From Escherichia coli (GTDB lineage Bacteria > Pseudomonadota > Gammaproteobacteria > Enterobacterales > Enterobacteriaceae), in the NCBI RefSeq assembly GCF_003334305.1, contig NZ_QOWS01000012.1: a stretch of 64,000 nt of DNA; one strand, 5' to 3'. Under the pieces are notes generated by a model, which saw only the letters and a list, made by a program, of their open reading frames with translations, searched no databases and had not been told where the DNA came from. Below are positions 19,622 to 30,985 of this stretch, one piece after another (within the stretch, counting starts at the first letter, position 1; each line of letters begins with the position of its first letter). The translations under genes and the position numbers were made by a program.

Positions 19622-20251
19622 ATGCTTAAGCCAGACAACCTGCCCGTTACATTTGGCAAAAACGATGTAGAAATTATTGCACGAGAAACACTTTATCGCG
19701 GCTTTTTTTCATTAGATCTTTATAGATTTCGTCATCGTTTATTCAACGGGCAAATGAGTCATGAGGTACGGAGGGAAATTTTTGAGCGCGGTCACGCCGC
19801 AGTCTTGCTACCCTTTGACCCAGTGCGTGATGAAGTTGTGCTGATTGAGCAGATTCGGATTGCCGCATACGACACCAGTGAAACCCCCTGGCTACTGGAG
19901 ATGGTTGCCGGGATGATAGAAGAGGGTGAAAGTGTGGAAGATGTTGCCCGTCGCGAAGCGATTGAAGAGGCGGGACTGATAGTCAAACGGACCAAACCGG
20001 TGTTAAGTTTCCTGGCAAGCCCGGGGGGCACCAGTGAGCGTTCGTCAATTATGGTGGGCGAAGTGGACGCCACGACCGCAAGCGGTATTCATGGTCTGGC
20101 TGATGAAAACGAAGATATTCGCGTTCATGTGGTAAGCCGGGAACAGGCATACCAGTGGGTAGAAGAGGGGAAAATCGACAACGCAGCGTCGGTCATCGCT
20201 TTGCAATGGCTGCAGCTGCATCATCAAGCGTTAAAAAATGAGTGGGCATAA
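19622..20251 (+). CDS. nudF: ADP-ribose pyrophosphatase (Nudix)
   Basis: 209 aa ORF with Nudix box-like [22 protein letters not shown]. Confidence 0.9.
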
Positions 20252-20674
20252 ATGAAGCGTTACACACCTGACTTTCCTGAAATGATGCGCCTGTGCGAGA
20301 TGAACTTTTCACAATTGCGCCGTTTGTTACCGCGCAATGACGCACCCGGCGAAACTGTAAGCTATCAGGTGGCAAACGCACAATATCGGCTGACGATTGT
20401 GGAATCGACCCGATACACTACCCTGGTGACAATAGAACAGACTGCGCCCGCGATCAGTTACTGGAGCCTTCCGTCAATGACGGTGCGTCTGTATCATGAC
20501 GCGATGGTGGCTGAAGTGTGTTCAAGCCAGCAGATTTTTCGCTTCAAAGCGCGGTATGATTATCCTAATAAAAAGTTGCATCAACGCGACGAAAAGCATC
20601 AAATTAACCAGTTTTTAGCGGACTGGTTGCGATACTGTTTAGCACATGGAGCGATGGCGATTCCGGTTTACTAG
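20252..20674 (+). CDS. yqiB: DUF1249 family protein
   Basis: 140 aa ORF abutting the nudF stop. Confidence 0.8.
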
Positions 20675-20698
20675 CGTCGTGAAACCTAAGGACACCAT

Positions 20699-21526
20699 TT
20701 GGAAAGCCTGTTAACCCTTCCTCTGGCTGGTGAGGCCAGAGTCAGGATTTTACAAATTACCGATACTCACCTGTTTGCACAAAAGCACGAAGCCCTGTTA
20801 GGGGTAAACACCTGGGAAAGCTACCAGGCGGTGCTGGAGGCGATTCGTCCACATCAGCACGAATTCGACCTGATTGTCGCGACAGGTGATTTAGCGCAGG
20901 ATCAATCCTCTGCGGCCTATCAGCATTTCGCTGAAGGCATCGCAAGTTTTCGTGCGCCCTGCGTCTGGCTGCCGGGCAACCACGATTTCCAGCCCGCGAT
21001 GTACAGCGCGTTACAGGATGCGGGTATCTCCCCGGCGAAGCGCGTGTTTATTGGTGAGCAATGGCAAATCCTGTTGCTGGATAGCCAGGTGTTTGGCGTG
21101 CCGCACGGTGAGCTGAGCGAGTTTCAGCTTGAGTGGCTGGAACGTAAACTGGCCGATGCGCCAGAACGCCATACGTTGCTGCTGCTGCATCATCATCCGC
21201 TACCTGCGGGTTGTAGTTGGCTTGATCAACACAGCCTGCGTAACGCGGGCGAACTGGATACCGTGCTGGCGAAGTTTCCGCACGTCAAATACTTGCTGTG
21301 CGGTCATATTCATCAGGAGCTGGATCTCGACTGGAACGGTCGCCGCCTGCTGGCAACGCCGTCGACCTGTGTGCAGTTTAAGCCGCACTGTTCCAACTTT
21401 ACGCTGGACACCATCGCGCCCGGCTGGCGTACTCTCGAGTTACATGCTGATGGCACGCTGACCACCGAGGTGCATCGCCTGGCGGACACACGTTTCCAAC
21501 CTGATACCGCTTCAGAAGGCTACTGA
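20699..21526 (+). CDS. cpdA: 3',5'-cyclic AMP phosphodiesterase (calcineurin-like metallophosphoesterase)
   Basis: 275 aa ORF with apparent TTG start; motifs DTH, GDL, GNHD. Confidence 0.9.
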   Translation: MESLLTLPLAGEARVRILQITDTHLFAQKHEALLGVNTWESYQAVLEAIRPHQHEFDLIVATGDLAQDQSSAAYQHFAEGIASFRAPCVWLPGNHDFQPAMYSALQDAGISPAKRVFIGEQWQILLLDSQVFGVPHGELSEFQLEWLERKLADAPERHTLLLLHHHPLPAGCSWLDQHSLRNAGELDTVLAKFPHVKYLLCGHIHQELDLDWNGRRLLATPSTCVQFKPHCSNFTLDTIAPGWRTLELHADGTLTTEVHRLADTRFQPDTASEGY

Positions 21527-22107
21527 TGTCTACGCTTCTTTATTTACACGGTTTCAACAGCTCGCCGCGCTCTGCAAAAGCGAGCTTGTTAAAAAACTGG
21601 CTGGCGGAACATCACCCTGACGTTGAGATGATCATTCCGCAGTTGCCGCCGTATCCTTCCGACGCGGCAGAGCTGCTGGAATCCATTGTCCTGGAACATG
21701 GCGGCGATTCGCTGGGTATTGTCGGTTCGTCACTGGGGGGATATTACGCCACCTGGTTGTCACAATGTTTTATGCTGCCCGCAGTGGTGGTAAACCCGGC
21801 GGTGCGCCCGTTTGAACTGCTGACGGACTATCTCGGTCAGAACGAGAACCCCTACACCGGGCAGCAATATGTGCTAGAGTCACGCCATATTTACGATCTC
21901 AAAGTCATGCAGATTGACCCGCTGGAAGCGCCGGATTTGATCTGGCTGCTGCAACAGACGGGAGATGAAGTGCTGGATTACCGCCAGGCGGTGGCGTACT
22001 ACGCTTCCTGCCGCCAGACTGTCATAGAAGGCGGCAACCACGCATTCACGGGCTTCGAAGATTATTTCAACCCGATCGTCGATTTTCTTGGTCTGCACCA
22101 TCTCTGA
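21526..22107 (+). CDS. yqiA: Esterase YqiA (alpha/beta hydrolase)
   Basis: 193 aa ORF starting at the cpdA stop (overlap); GSSLGG nucleophile elbow. Confidence 0.9.
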   Translation: MSTLLYLHGFNSSPRSAKASLLKNWLAEHHPDVEMIIPQLPPYPSDAAELLESIVLEHGGDSLGIVGSSLGGYYATWLSQCFMLPAVVVNPAVRPFELLTDYLGQNENPYTGQQYVLESRHIYDLKVMQIDPLEAPDLIWLLQQTGDEVLDYRQAVAYYASCRQTVIEGGNHAFTGFEDYFNPIVDFLGLHHL

Positions 22108-22132
22108 CGATCAACTCGAATTGCTAACTTAA

Positions 22133-24028
<1,896 letters not shown>

Positions 24029-24072
24029 TAATCTTTACCCGGCAAACATGTGTTTTGCCGGGTTGTCGCTGA

Positions 24073-24942
24073 TTATTTTATTGGGCACAGTTTGTTACGA
24101 TCTGGAAATAGTGTTGCCAGCGAACCAGCCAGAGTTTTCCAGTCCGTAGCCATTTTTTCTGCTTGTGCAGTTGTTATTACTGCACCTTGTTGTTTAATAA
24201 GCTCATCCTCCACTCTGGTATAGTGAATAATGGTAAAATCCGTAGAGGACCATTTATCCTTAGAGAACATCTTCGTCATCGCATGAATGTTTGCTTGCCC
24301 GTCATCGATAAAAACAATCGCGTCATATTTGTTCCCCATTTTATCCAGCATATAATCGAGAATTACGCCTTTATCTTGCCCGGAAGAAAAAAATACCCCC
24401 TGGCTGTACAGCCATGACCGTTTGAGTTTCCCTTTTTCAAAGGGTGGCAAAGTATCCTCTTTCTTCCTGAGTGCGGAAGACGAAAAATCAATGCCGTTTC
24501 GCTTTAATTCCCGCAATGTCGGAAAGAGAGTATCCGGTGCACGGGATGTCAGAGCAAAAGCGGTATGCTTTTGTTGCCACTGTTTTAACATTGTCGGTAA
24601 CTGTGGCTCGGTAAGCTGCATAGGGCTAAGTTCGTAAAGCATACTGATTGTATTTTCATACAGGCAGGGAACTTTTTGCGAGTCATCCGGCTTTAAGGGC
24701 AATTTATCGGTTTACCATTGATACCAGATATCACCGCCAATGCGTGTGCCACTCGTTAATAACGTATTATCAATGTCAAAAACCAATAATATCTTATCGG
24801 ATGGATAGAGAGTTTCCTTTTCGGTGATAATTTTACTGACCGCACTATATTCGCCAGTAACTATATTTTTTACCTGTGCGTAAGATAAAGCTGGCAGAGC
24901 AGAGAGTATCATCCAGAGAATGATTTTAAATTTATTATTCAT
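24073..24942 (-). pseudogene. Secreted HAD-superfamily phosphatase interrupted by one in-frame TAA (24712-24714)
   Basis: ORF 24712-24942 carries signal peptide plus HAD motif I DIDNT; ORF 24073-24702 continues in the same frame with motif IV FIDDGQ; the two are separated only by the stop. Confidence 0.65.
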
Positions 24943-24955
24943 TTTTTATTCCAGA

Positions 24956-25690
24956 TTAGAAAGTATAAGTCAGACCCCAGCGCCAGCGGATTTGGCGATT
25001 ACTTGATGTTTTATCCACACCTTTATAATCCGCAATACTCATATAGGGTATCCACGATCCCATTTTGTACCCTACTTTAAATGATGCGGTATAGTTTTTA
25101 TGGCCATCATTCCAGGTTAAATAACCATTATTGTAATAGACCAGGTTTAACTGATATTGGAAGTTGGTTTTTTGTGGTCGATAGTCGATCCACACATCGT
25201 AACGGCGGTTATTACGATCATCGTTGCCATAACCTTTGGATTTATCGGTAGCTTTATCCATGTCATAACGAAAACGACCCGAAACTTTCCATTCTTTGCT
25301 GAAATCATAACCCGCAGAAAGACCATATTCGTAAGTTGACCAATATTGCGTGGTATCAAGCCAGAACATGGGTTCTAACCAGAATTTTTTGTCATCCAGC
25401 GGCTTAAAGCGGTAAACAACAGATAATCCTGTTCCGTTATTGCCAAATTGTGAGGGGTCCCACTTATCTTTATCACCTTCATCGGTGTTATAGCGTAATT
25501 CTCCCATCAAACCGATACCATTACTAAAAAATGTACCAAATTCAACGCGGTCCGCGTGGGTGCGAGTATCATCAAGATACTCATGACGATAATCAATAAA
25601 TCCATGCGGCTGTTCTGCACAGACTAGTGTAGGTGACAGGCAGGATAACATTGTTATTCCTGCAAGTGATATTTTAAGATAAGAATTCAT
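24956..25690 (-). CDS. KdgM/NanC-family small outer membrane porin (tentative)
   Basis: 244 aa; signal peptide; alternating aromatic/hydrophilic beta-strand pattern; C-terminal ...WGLTYTF. Confidence 0.6.
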   Translation of the reverse strand: MNSYLKISLAGITMLSCLSPTLVCAEQPHGFIDYRHEYLDDTRTHADRVEFGTFFSNGIGLMGELRYNTDEGDKDKWDPSQFGNNGTGLSVVYRFKPLDDKKFWLEPMFWLDTTQYWSTYEYGLSAGYDFSKEWKVSGRFRYDMDKATDKSKGYGNDDRNNRRYDVWIDYRPQKTNFQYQLNLVYYNNGYLTWNDGHKNYTASFKVGYKMGSWIPYMSIADYKGVDKTSSNRQIRWRWGLTYTF

Positions 25691-25785
25691 AATATTCCCT
25701 TTCAGAATAAAATATATTTTTGGTGATCGAATACACCATCTGATGATTCCAGGTATTAGAATGTTTTTTTATCTATAGTTTGACT

Positions 25786-26910
25786 TTAAATTTTAAGTTT
25801 GTTTTCCTTATCAATGAATAGATAAAATTTCGTCTGTTGATGGGGCTGGAAATTATTATCAGATACAAATATTAACGATGTATGCCCATCAATCAGAGGA
25901 CCGAAGGTTACCCCTTCAATACAATCCGCAGAGGAAGTGTAATCAGCAAAATCAATTAATAATTTTTTACTGACGGGTTGTAACGTGGATTTATTGGACC
26001 AATCTTGCAGACTGTCAATATCCTTGATATCGCTGGCAGCAGTTAAATCGACCATATAAACTCTGACAGAGTAATCCCAGTCATTGAACCCAGCACTGAC
26101 GTTTCTGCCGGAACGTTCGATGACCAACAATTGGTGATCATTCAGCGCCAGGACCTCGGATACGCCATTATCATTAATACCGAACTTACTCACTTGCGGA
26201 ACAGGATCAGTAATATAGAGATATTCATGCAATTGCTTTGAAGGTCGACCGTCTGCATCTATAGAAAATTGCAGTAAGCGTGATGTACCTGAATTTATTG
26301 GACTTGCAATAGGCCCATCCTGTTTAAGGCTGCTTTCAACGGCGATAAAAAGTGATTTTCCATCTGGTGTAACTGTCAGGCCCTCCCAGGCGTTGCCGCT
26401 GCGAATACCATTGCTGCTCTCTTTGTCAGAACTAATATTAAATCGAGCAGGAAATAAAGACGTAAAATCTTTCTCCATTACGCCATCGAGAGTGCTCAGA
26501 CGCAGTGGAGCACCTAACTCCGAACTCCATAGTAATGACTTACCATTGTGTGTCAGGGCCAGACCTTCGGCATCCACCGTATTGGTCACGAAAGGCTGCT
26601 GTTTTGCATCAAGCAGTGGACGCTGGTTGAGAAAATTCACTTGCTCAATGCCCCTGGATGATACCTGTATTTTTAGTGTATAAAGACTGGCATCTCCTTC
26701 TTTATTATTGTTTCTGCTATCGTTAATAGCATAGAAAATATTTTTTTTTGCATCAAATGTGATGGCTGATAGCCCCGCGATTGTAACATTGTTCTGTTTT
26801 TCTCCCGTCCGGAAGTTGAACTCACCAGCATAATGAAGAAAACTGTTTGCCTGCGCTGTTGTGCATAACAGCGGTAATGCCAGAAAAATAGCGGCATGTC
26901 TTATTTTCAT
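25786..26910 (-). CDS. Secreted protein, probably beta-propeller; phytase-like/esterase family assignment tentative
   Basis: 374 aa; signal peptide MKIRHAAIFLALPLLCTTAQA; repeated EGL..T.DGKSL-type segments. Confidence 0.55.
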   Translation of the reverse strand: MKIRHAAIFLALPLLCTTAQANSFLHYAGEFNFRTGEKQNNVTIAGLSAITFDAKKNIFYAINDSRNNNKEGDASLYTLKIQVSSRGIEQVNFLNQRPLLDAKQQPFVTNTVDAEGLALTHNGKSLLWSSELGAPLRLSTLDGVMEKDFTSLFPARFNISSDKESSNGIRSGNAWEGLTVTPDGKSLFIAVESSLKQDGPIASPINSGTSRLLQFSIDADGRPSKQLHEYLYITDPVPQVSKFGINDNGVSEVLALNDHQLLVIERSGRNVSAGFNDWDYSVRVYMVDLTAASDIKDIDSLQDWSNKSTLQPVSKKLLIDFADYTSSADCIEGVTFGPLIDGHTSLIFVSDNNFQPHQQTKFYLFIDKENKLKI

Positions 26911-26939
26911 GATATTTACCTTTGTGTATGTATCTGATT

Positions 26940-27854
26940 TTAGTCGTGTTGTGAAAGAAAAAGATTAACTTCCGATGGTGTCGCCAGATGACCTCTGGCA
27001 CCTAATGCAGTAATATTTATTGCTGCAGTGGCAGAAGCAAATTTTAGTGCTTCAATTAAGGGCATGTTTTTTATTAAGCTATAAACAAATGCACCATTAA
27101 AAGTATCTCCAGCGCCAGTGGTATCAATAATGGGAATTGTATAGCTACCTATTTTTACTTGCTCATTGCCTTTGACTGCAATTACTCCCCTAACATCCAG
27201 CGTAACCACGACAGCCTCAAGTTGATACTCGTCTTGTATATCATGCAGAAGTGTAAAATCTGGCTCTGCTGCATAGCCACGAATAAAACCGTCATAATTA
27301 AATATCGCAATATCAGCAAGGTGTAAAATTCTGGCAAGGTGTTCAGGTGTTGCAATGATATGAGGCTCAATATCAACGACAACTTTTGTCATCTGGCTAC
27401 GGGAATATTCGGCCAGCATACGAAATTTCTCGATATCTGCTGGCATCGTATAATAATAACGGCTTTGCGCAATTGCCTGCAGGGCTTTTTCTTTATCCCA
27501 CTCATGATCACTACCAGGCGAGTAAACCAACGTTTTTTCACCTAATTCATCAATAAAGATAATCGCGGTATTGGCAATCAATTCCGGAATTACCTGAACG
27601 AAATCACAATTTACATGATATTTTTTAAATCCATCAAGAATGATCGAGGCTGAATGATCATTGCCCACACATGAAACAGATACCACATTGAGACCCAGTT
27701 GTCCCATCGCACAGGCACTGTTGGCGACTGTGCCGCCAGCTTGTTCACCCAGACGTGTCCCGACCACTTTACCGCCACGAGTGGGGAGTGACGGGATAGA
27801 TAAAAAAATATCTATATTTCCACTGCCTAAAGCGGCGACATCAAATTTCTTCAT
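26940..27854 (-). CDS. PfkB-family carbohydrate kinase
   Basis: Starts MKKFDVAALGSGNIDIF at ATG 27854 with gggaga SD; C-terminal PfkB signature DTTGAGDTFNGAF. Confidence 0.8.
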   Translation of the reverse strand: MKKFDVAALGSGNIDIFLSIPSLPTRGGKVVGTRLGEQAGGTVANSACAMGQLGLNVVSVSCVGNDHSASIILDGFKKYHVNCDFVQVIPELIANTAIIFIDELGEKTLVYSPGSDHEWDKEKALQAIAQSRYYYTMPADIEKFRMLAEYSRSQMTKVVVDIEPHIIATPEHLARILHLADIAIFNYDGFIRGYAAEPDFTLLHDIQDEYQLEAVVVTLDVRGVIAVKGNEQVKIGSYTIPIIDTTGAGDTFNGAFVYSLIKNMPLIEALKFASATAAINITALGARGHLATPSEVNLFLSQHD

Positions 27855-27858
27855 AGTC

Positions 27859-28857
27859 TTATTTCTCCCTATGGCTAACGCGTTGCCCGCCTGCGTCGAC
27901 ATAATCACAACTTAAATGCCAGCACATTTCATATAACCACTGCATGACCAGAAATAAATTGTTGGACTCACTGGCATCAGGTATAAAACTGATTAATTCT
28001 GCTGTCGCTCCCTGTTCAACAATTGCTTTTTGGGTTGCAATGTAAAATGGGTACTCGCGGGATGTAGCTGGCAGTAAAAAATAATGCTGACCGACACCAG
28101 CCTGATGTAAGCGTAATGAATGATAAAATTCTTCCAGTGGAAAGGCTGTCGCACGAATCTGTGGGCCGCAAGAAAGTAAATTGCTCCCCGATATTGCTAG
28201 TCCCCAACTTAAGCCACTCCCCAGAAACGTTATCTCTTTTTGTTGGTAAAAATGGCGCTTCTTTTGCTGCCAGTGCTGATTAATCTGGCTAAATTTCCCT
28301 TCTAAATCCTCTTCAATTTGCAGTGGTGTTAAGCCTGGACATAAGTTTTGCGCTAAGCGCAGGAGGGTATAAAGTGTGACGCTACTACTTTGCGTTGGAA
28401 TACCCTGCTTATTCGCCCATGTATAGAGCATGTTTTCTGTTATTGCGCAAAATGGTGTTCCAGGGCAATTCGTCACACCCAGCACTTGCGCGTTTGAGCA
28501 TACTGCGTGGCTAAGGGCGTCAACGGTCAGTGATGGTCTGCCACTTGCGCTGAGAATAATGATCAACGTTTCTTTCTGATAACGGGTTAAATCAGTCTGA
28601 AGAAAATCCCACGTTTGCAATGCGGAACAAAACAGATGTGTGTATTTCCCCAGCCAGGCGGCGGCACATAGTGCCACCGTCCAGGAGTCGCCCGATCCCA
28701 CTATACAGACGCGTTCAACAGCACGTTTATCGAGCTGAACAGATGAAAAACATTCACCCCAGATAGCTGCCAAATGGCGTAGCGCTGCCGCCGTTGCATT
28801 TATTTCCTCACGAGTTTGCGCTAATGGCATAACAGGAGCACGGGCTGGCATGTTCAT
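27859..28857 (-). CDS. Double SIS-domain sugar-phosphate isomerase/deglycase-like protein (FrlB/AgaS-like)
   Basis: 332 aa; two SIS-like halves (VGSGDS..., ILSASG...; FLGSGLSWG...); start ATG overlaps upstream stop (TAATG); 4 nt before kinase start. Confidence 0.7.
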   Translation of the reverse strand: MNMPARAPVMPLAQTREEINATAAALRHLAAIWGECFSSVQLDKRAVERVCIVGSGDSWTVALCAAAWLGKYTHLFCSALQTWDFLQTDLTRYQKETLIIILSASGRPSLTVDALSHAVCSNAQVLGVTNCPGTPFCAITENMLYTWANKQGIPTQSSSVTLYTLLRLAQNLCPGLTPLQIEEDLEGKFSQINQHWQQKKRHFYQQKEITFLGSGLSWGLAISGSNLLSCGPQIRATAFPLEEFYHSLRLHQAGVGQHYFLLPATSREYPFYIATQKAIVEQGATAELISFIPDASESNNLFLVMQWLYEMCWHLSCDYVDAGGQRVSHREK

Positions 28858-29933
28858 TATTTCTCCTGTGCCTGTACTGCAAGCAATGTCAGACCCGATG
28901 CGATCGCTTCAACATCGAAATCTTTATTATTTACGGCGCGGAAAAAGGCATATTTATCTTCAGGGAGCGCATCAAAACCGCGCCATGCCCCTGCAATTGC
29001 GCCTGCCATCGTAGCGATGCTATCGGTGTCATTGCCAATATTGGCGCAGGCATGGATGGTTTCCCAGGGTTCTCCTTTGCAGTACAGCAATAGACCGATT
29101 GCCGCAGGAATGGATTCATGGGCGGCAACAGAGTTACCAACCAAACCTTCCATTTCTCGCAGACAAGACTCCAGATCATTGGCACGTCTGGCGATGTCCG
29201 CTGCAAGTTGGATGCGCATGGCGATAGATGGCCCTGCTACACATCGTGCATATTGTTTGGCCAGGCGTTCGCCGTAATTCGCTCCCCAGATTGCGGCATC
29301 CAGTAATGATGTGAGCGAGGCTTCTGGTAACATAGCCTGCGATGTCGCTGCAGCGATGGCGCAAGCGCTGGCAATCGCAATATTGGTGTCATGTGAAGGT
29401 AGGCAAGTTATTAACGCCAGGCGACACGCTTTTTCTTTCTTGCCAGGCCAGATCAATCCTGCCGGGGCTACACGCATTCCTGCGCCATTCGTGGTGCCGA
29501 CATTGGGGGCCTGACGAGAAGATGTTCCAATACGCCCAATGGTGTTTGTTGGTCTACCTTCTTTTAGTGCCTTGACGATTTGTTCTGTTGTGGGGCCTTT
29601 ATAATTTGCGTAGGGCTGCATATCGGCCCAACGCAGAAGACAAGCTAACCAGTCATTATTGGTGAAGTTATCAAATCCAGCCTCAATTAACCCTTCTGAA
29701 AACACATACATTTGGCTGGAATCGTCGGTGATAAGTCCTGCAACACCATTTAATGAGCCAGCAAAGGTATCGGCAGGAGGAGAAACAAAGGCATTTAAAA
29801 AACCTCCCCATTGAGTTTTTATTTCATCAATGCTGTAGAGTTCAGTCGCTGCGCCTAATGCATCGCCCATACCTGCGCAGGCTAAAGAACCTAATATTTT
29901 GTTATAAATTACGGCTTGTTCTATTTTGTTCAC
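28857..29933 (-). CDS. ADP-ribosylglycohydrolase-family protein
   Basis: 358 aa; N-terminal GSLACAGMGDALGAATE and C-terminal IGNDTDSIATMAGAIAGA typical of the family. Confidence 0.7.
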   Translation of the reverse strand: MNKIEQAVIYNKILGSLACAGMGDALGAATELYSIDEIKTQWGGFLNAFVSPPADTFAGSLNGVAGLITDDSSQMYVFSEGLIEAGFDNFTNNDWLACLLRWADMQPYANYKGPTTEQIVKALKEGRPTNTIGRIGTSSRQAPNVGTTNGAGMRVAPAGLIWPGKKEKACRLALITCLPSHDTNIAIASACAIAAATSQAMLPEASLTSLLDAAIWGANYGERLAKQYARCVAGPSIAMRIQLAADIARRANDLESCLREMEGLVGNSVAAHESIPAAIGLLLYCKGEPWETIHACANIGNDTDSIATMAGAIAGAWRGFDALPEDKYAFFRAVNNKDFDVEAIASGLTLLAVQAQEK

Positions 29934-29946
29934 AATATTCTCTCTG

Positions 29947-30699
29947 TTACACGCTAAAACTGTCTTTTGTAATTCGTGCTTTGTAGGAGTACCGACTTGC
30001 GGGATAAACCATCTCTACATACTCCATTGGTTTACGTTCCACGGATAACGTGACGCGGGTACAACTTAATACGACGTCATCGGCAGTCAGTTCCAGTAAT
30101 TGACGCTCAAGGGGCGAGGGAAGCCGGGCAGAGATAATCTCCGTTGCTTCTAAAGGTTTAATAGCGAGTTTTTCTTCCAGTAAAATATAGAGCGAACCCG
30201 TCGCCAGCAGCTCTTCCAGAGTTATTTCTTGTCCGTCATTTAACGCAAGCCATGATGTCTGAATACCCAGCGGCGTACTTCCCATATAGCGAATGCGTTT
30301 TATACAGAAAACGGTATGGACATGGATATCAAGTTCGAGATTTTTTCTGATAATATCACTGAGAGGAATATAACCTATTTCAAGAATATTCTGTGCCGGT
30401 ACGCCACCACGAGCCTTAATGTCATCAGTAAAACTATGTAATAAATGATTTTCCCGACTGCGAGCCGGTAATGTAAATGTTCCTTGCCCGTGGACACTAT
30501 GCAGGTATCCGCGTTGTTTCAAACTTTCTATTGCTTTCCGAATTGTTGTTCTGCTGCTTAAAAAATGTTCAGCCAGTTCTCTTTCTGTTGGTATAGCTTT
30601 GCCTTCTTTCCATTCACCGTTATCAATTTTTTTCTTTATTTCATCAAAAATTTCACGATGCTTTAGCTGACCTTTACTGGCTTTATAAATTCTTATCAT
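29947..30699 (-). CDS. GntR/HutC-family transcriptional regulator
   Basis: 250 aa; N-terminal winged-HTH (PTERELAEHFLSSRTTIRKAIESL) and UTRA-like C-terminal domain; first gene of the minus-strand operon. Confidence 0.8.
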   Translation of the reverse strand: MIRIYKASKGQLKHREIFDEIKKKIDNGEWKEGKAIPTERELAEHFLSSRTTIRKAIESLKQRGYLHSVHGQGTFTLPARSRENHLLHSFTDDIKARGGVPAQNILEIGYIPLSDIIRKNLELDIHVHTVFCIKRIRYMGSTPLGIQTSWLALNDGQEITLEELLATGSLYILLEEKLAIKPLEATEIISARLPSPLERQLLELTADDVVLSCTRVTLSVERKPMEYVEMVYPASRYSYKARITKDSFSV

Positions 30700-30717
30700 G
30701 ACAAAGCCTCATTTCAA

Positions 30718-30729
30718 GTGGTTGATACC
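30718..30729. promoter_or_regulatory. Candidate HutC-type operator TGGTTGATACCA upstream of the GntR gene
   Basis: TGGT-N4-ACCA palindrome about 20 bp upstream of the regulator start codon. Confidence 0.35.
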
Positions 30730-30881
30730 AACTTTACATTCTTTTATTTTTATTGCGCAGTATGCTTATTTGTTATCTGTGACATAAAACAGGAAAAACC
30801 ACATTTATTAATAAATATCATGCGGTTAAGTGAAATTGGTTTTTATGTGATGCTGCTCAATATTAACTCAGTGGTTTGTTG

Positions 30882-30893
30882 TGGTATCTACCA
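30882..30893. promoter_or_regulatory. Candidate HutC-type operator TGGTATCTACCA upstream of the symporter gene
   Basis: Second TGGT-N4-ACCA palindrome about 95 bp upstream of the transporter start. Confidence 0.35.
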
Positions 30894-30985
30894 ATGCATT
30901 TATTCTCAATCGTAAAGTTATGTGCTGAATGAGTTCCGATACATTTGTTTTTAATATAATTTCATGTGATTAATGAGTGCTGTGT

